From a bacterium (GTDB lineage Bacteria; Babelota; Babeliae; Babelales; JABCYS01): a stretch of DNA of 18,421 bases. The position numbers were made by a program, and so were the translations under genes. Of this stretch, positions 16,607 through 18,421 are shown in pieces. The notes under the pieces are model-generated. The model was not told the DNA's origin. It saw only the letters and a list, made by a program, of their open reading frames with translations, and made no database searches. The number at the start of each line of letters is the position of its first letter. The first letter of the stretch is position 1. The stretch spans positions 1 to 18,421 of the forward strand of contig DAIDHG010000017.1 of the NCBI GenBank assembly GCA_027452085.1, given 5' to 3'.

Positions 16607-18040
16607 ATGCAAAACATCCAGGCGGTTGTACTAGCAGCAGGTAAATCCAAGCGTTTTAAAACGGGCAAAAGCAAGCTCATGGCCCCCATTTGCGGGCAGG
16701 AGATGGTGCTTTACTCGGCCAAGCTTCTTGAATCTATGCATATTCCTACCACCATGGTTGTAGGGTATGCCCGCGAAGAGGTCCAAAAAGTAGTGAAAAG
16801 TCAGATGCCAAATGTTCATTTTGTAGTACAAGAAGAACAACTTGGCACGGGGCATGCCGTGCGCTGCACACAGCAAATTTGGCAGGCTGACCATGTGCTC
16901 ATTATGAATGGCGATGTGCCACTGGTCACCAAAGAAATTATTCAATCGCTCTATGAAGCTCATCAACAAAACAATGCTTTACTTAGCATGATTGTATCGC
17001 ATCATCCTGAACCATCTGCATCATATGGGCGCGTTATTCAAGATGCGCAAGGCGTTCGTGTGGTGGAAGCTCATGAATATACCGGTGATCCAGCTGAAGA
17101 TTGCTGCATTAACGCCGGCATCTATTTAATACGCCGCAGCTTTTTAGAGCAGCATATTAATGAGATTGAAAAGAGTAGCCAAAAGCAAGAATTTTATCTC
17201 ATTGACCTTGTGCCCCTGGCCAGCGAACAAGGCCGTGTTGAACTGATTAATGCACCGCTTGAGCGCGTCTGCGGCATCAACACATTAAAAGAATTGTGGG
17301 CGGCCGAGCAAATTATGCGCGCTGAACTTATTAATCATTGGATGAACAATGGTGTGCGCTTTACCTTCCCGCAGTATGTGCACATTGATCTCAATGTTTC
17401 AATTGGCTCGGGCACAGATATTGGCGCTGGCGTGCAACTCCGCAATGGTACCGTTATTGGATCTGAATGTACGATCGGCGATTTTTCAATCTTAGAGCGT
17501 GCCATCATAGCCGATGATGTAGTCGTTGAATCACACTCGGTGATTAAAGATTCACGCCTTGAAACAGGTGCCAACGTTGGGCCATTTGTACATCTACGCA
17601 ATCAAACGGTTATTGGTGCGCATAGTGTAATCGGCAACTTTGTAGAAGTTAAAAAAAGCATTATTGGTGCGCACACAAAAGCAAAACATCTTTCTTATTT
17701 AGGTGATGCGATTATTGGTGATTCAGTAAACATTGGCGCCGGCACGATTGTATGCAATCACAATGGCGTAAACAAAAACACCACAACCATTAATGATAAT
17801 GCCTATATTGGTAGCGATACGGTGCTGGTAGCTCCAGTAACTGTGGGCAAAGGCGCTATGACAGCCGCTGGATCCACCATTACCCAAGATGTACCGGCTG
17901 AGAGCCTGGCCATTGGTCGTTCACGCCAAACGAATAAAGATGGCTACGTGCGCAAATTACGCGAGCGATTGAAAATGAAAAGTGATGAACTTGCATTTTT
18001 AGCAGCGGTGAAAAGCAAAAGCGATATGGTGCAGGAATAA
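16607..18040 (+). CDS. glmU: Bifunctional UDP-GlcNAc pyrophosphorylase / GlcN-1-P acetyltransferase
   Basis: Motifs LAAGKSKRF, QLGTGHAV, NGDVPL and YGR, hexapeptide repeats, GNFVEVK and HLSYLGDA. ATG 16607 is preceded by GAAGGA. Confidence 0.97.
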   Translation: MQNIQAVVLAAGKSKRFKTGKSKLMAPICGQEMVLYSAKLLESMHIPTTMVVGYAREEVQKVVKSQMPNVHFVVQEEQLGTGHAVRCTQQIWQADHVLIMNGDVPLVTKEIIQSLYEAHQQNNALLSMIVSHHPEPSASYGRVIQDAQGVRVVEAHEYTGDPAEDCCINAGIYLIRRSFLEQHINEIEKSSQKQEFYLIDLVPLASEQGRVELINAPLERVCGINTLKELWAAEQIMRAELINHWMNNGVRFTFPQYVHIDLNVSIGSGTDIGAGVQLRNGTVIGSECTIGDFSILERAIIADDVVVESHSVIKDSRLETGANVGPFVHLRNQTVIGAHSVIGNFVEVKKSIIGAHTKAKHLSYLGDAIIGDSVNIGAGTIVCNHNGVNKNTTTINDNAYIGSDTVLVAPVTVGKGAMTAAGSTITQDVPAESLAIGRSRQTNKDGYVRKLRERLKMKSDELAFLAAVKSKSDMVQE

Positions 18041-18066
18041 TTTAATAACTTCTTGAATGTATCTGC

Positions 18067-18104
18067 AAGAAAAAAGGGCCGGAGTTTTCCGGCCCTTTTT
18101 TCTT
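18067..18104. terminator. Bidirectional intrinsic terminator
   Basis: AAGAAAAAAGGGCCGGA-GTTT-TCCGGCCCTTTTTTCTT between convergent genes. Confidence 0.92.
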
Positions 18105-18116
18105 ATGGAATGCAAA

Positions 18117-18421
18117 TTACACGGCATCACCTTCTGCTGCTGCCACATCGGTATCATATTCTTGATCCCATTGCAAAATTTTTTGCGAACGTGATTCGCT
18201 CGGCTCTGCCTTTGATTTGCTCTCTTCAATTGCTTTTTTCAGGCTCTCTTCGGCCTTCTCAGACAACACAAGCTCAATACCCAATTCCTGCAATGTGCGC
18301 AGTAAATGCTTGGATGATTTGGAAACACTTTTTTCCTCCTCGTGCCTGAAATTCAGCATGCGATTATTTGGCATACTTTGTTTGGCTCTGAGTGAGGCAT
18401 TATCTAAACCTATGCCCACCT
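18117..18421 (-). CDS. Hypothetical protein, C-terminal fragment
   Basis: The frame is open to the window edge, has a charged low-complexity tail and stops just before the terminator. Confidence 0.6.
   Translation of the reverse strand, partial: VGIGLDNASLRAKQSMPNNRMLNFRHEEEKSVSKSSKHLLRTLQELGIELVLSEKAEESLKKAIEESKSKAEPSESRSQKILQWDQEYDTDVAAAEGDAV

Overview
Bacterial housekeeping and cell-envelope region. The many signal-peptide orphan proteins suggest a host-associated lineage such as Ca. Dependentiae/Babelota, but that is inference only. It contains the murG 3' end, a class A PBP, a canonical RNase P RNA, a PASTA-only protein, gpsA, uppS, two HAD hydrolases, a LOG-family protein, rsmA, mreB, glmU and several secreted or membrane orphans. 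Two features stand out. (1) An IS200/IS605 element (2154-3642) has an intact tnpB and a dead tnpA. It inserted right after the first five bases (ATGAA) of the PBP gene, and its right end supplies a new in-frame start codon that overlaps the tnpB stop. (2) Directly behind rnpB lies a second, ~190-nt RNA that can be folded by eye into the RNase P catalytic domain (P1-P6, P15-P17). It has no specificity domain and an altered P4 core. All calls come from reading motifs by eye; no searches or folding programs were run.
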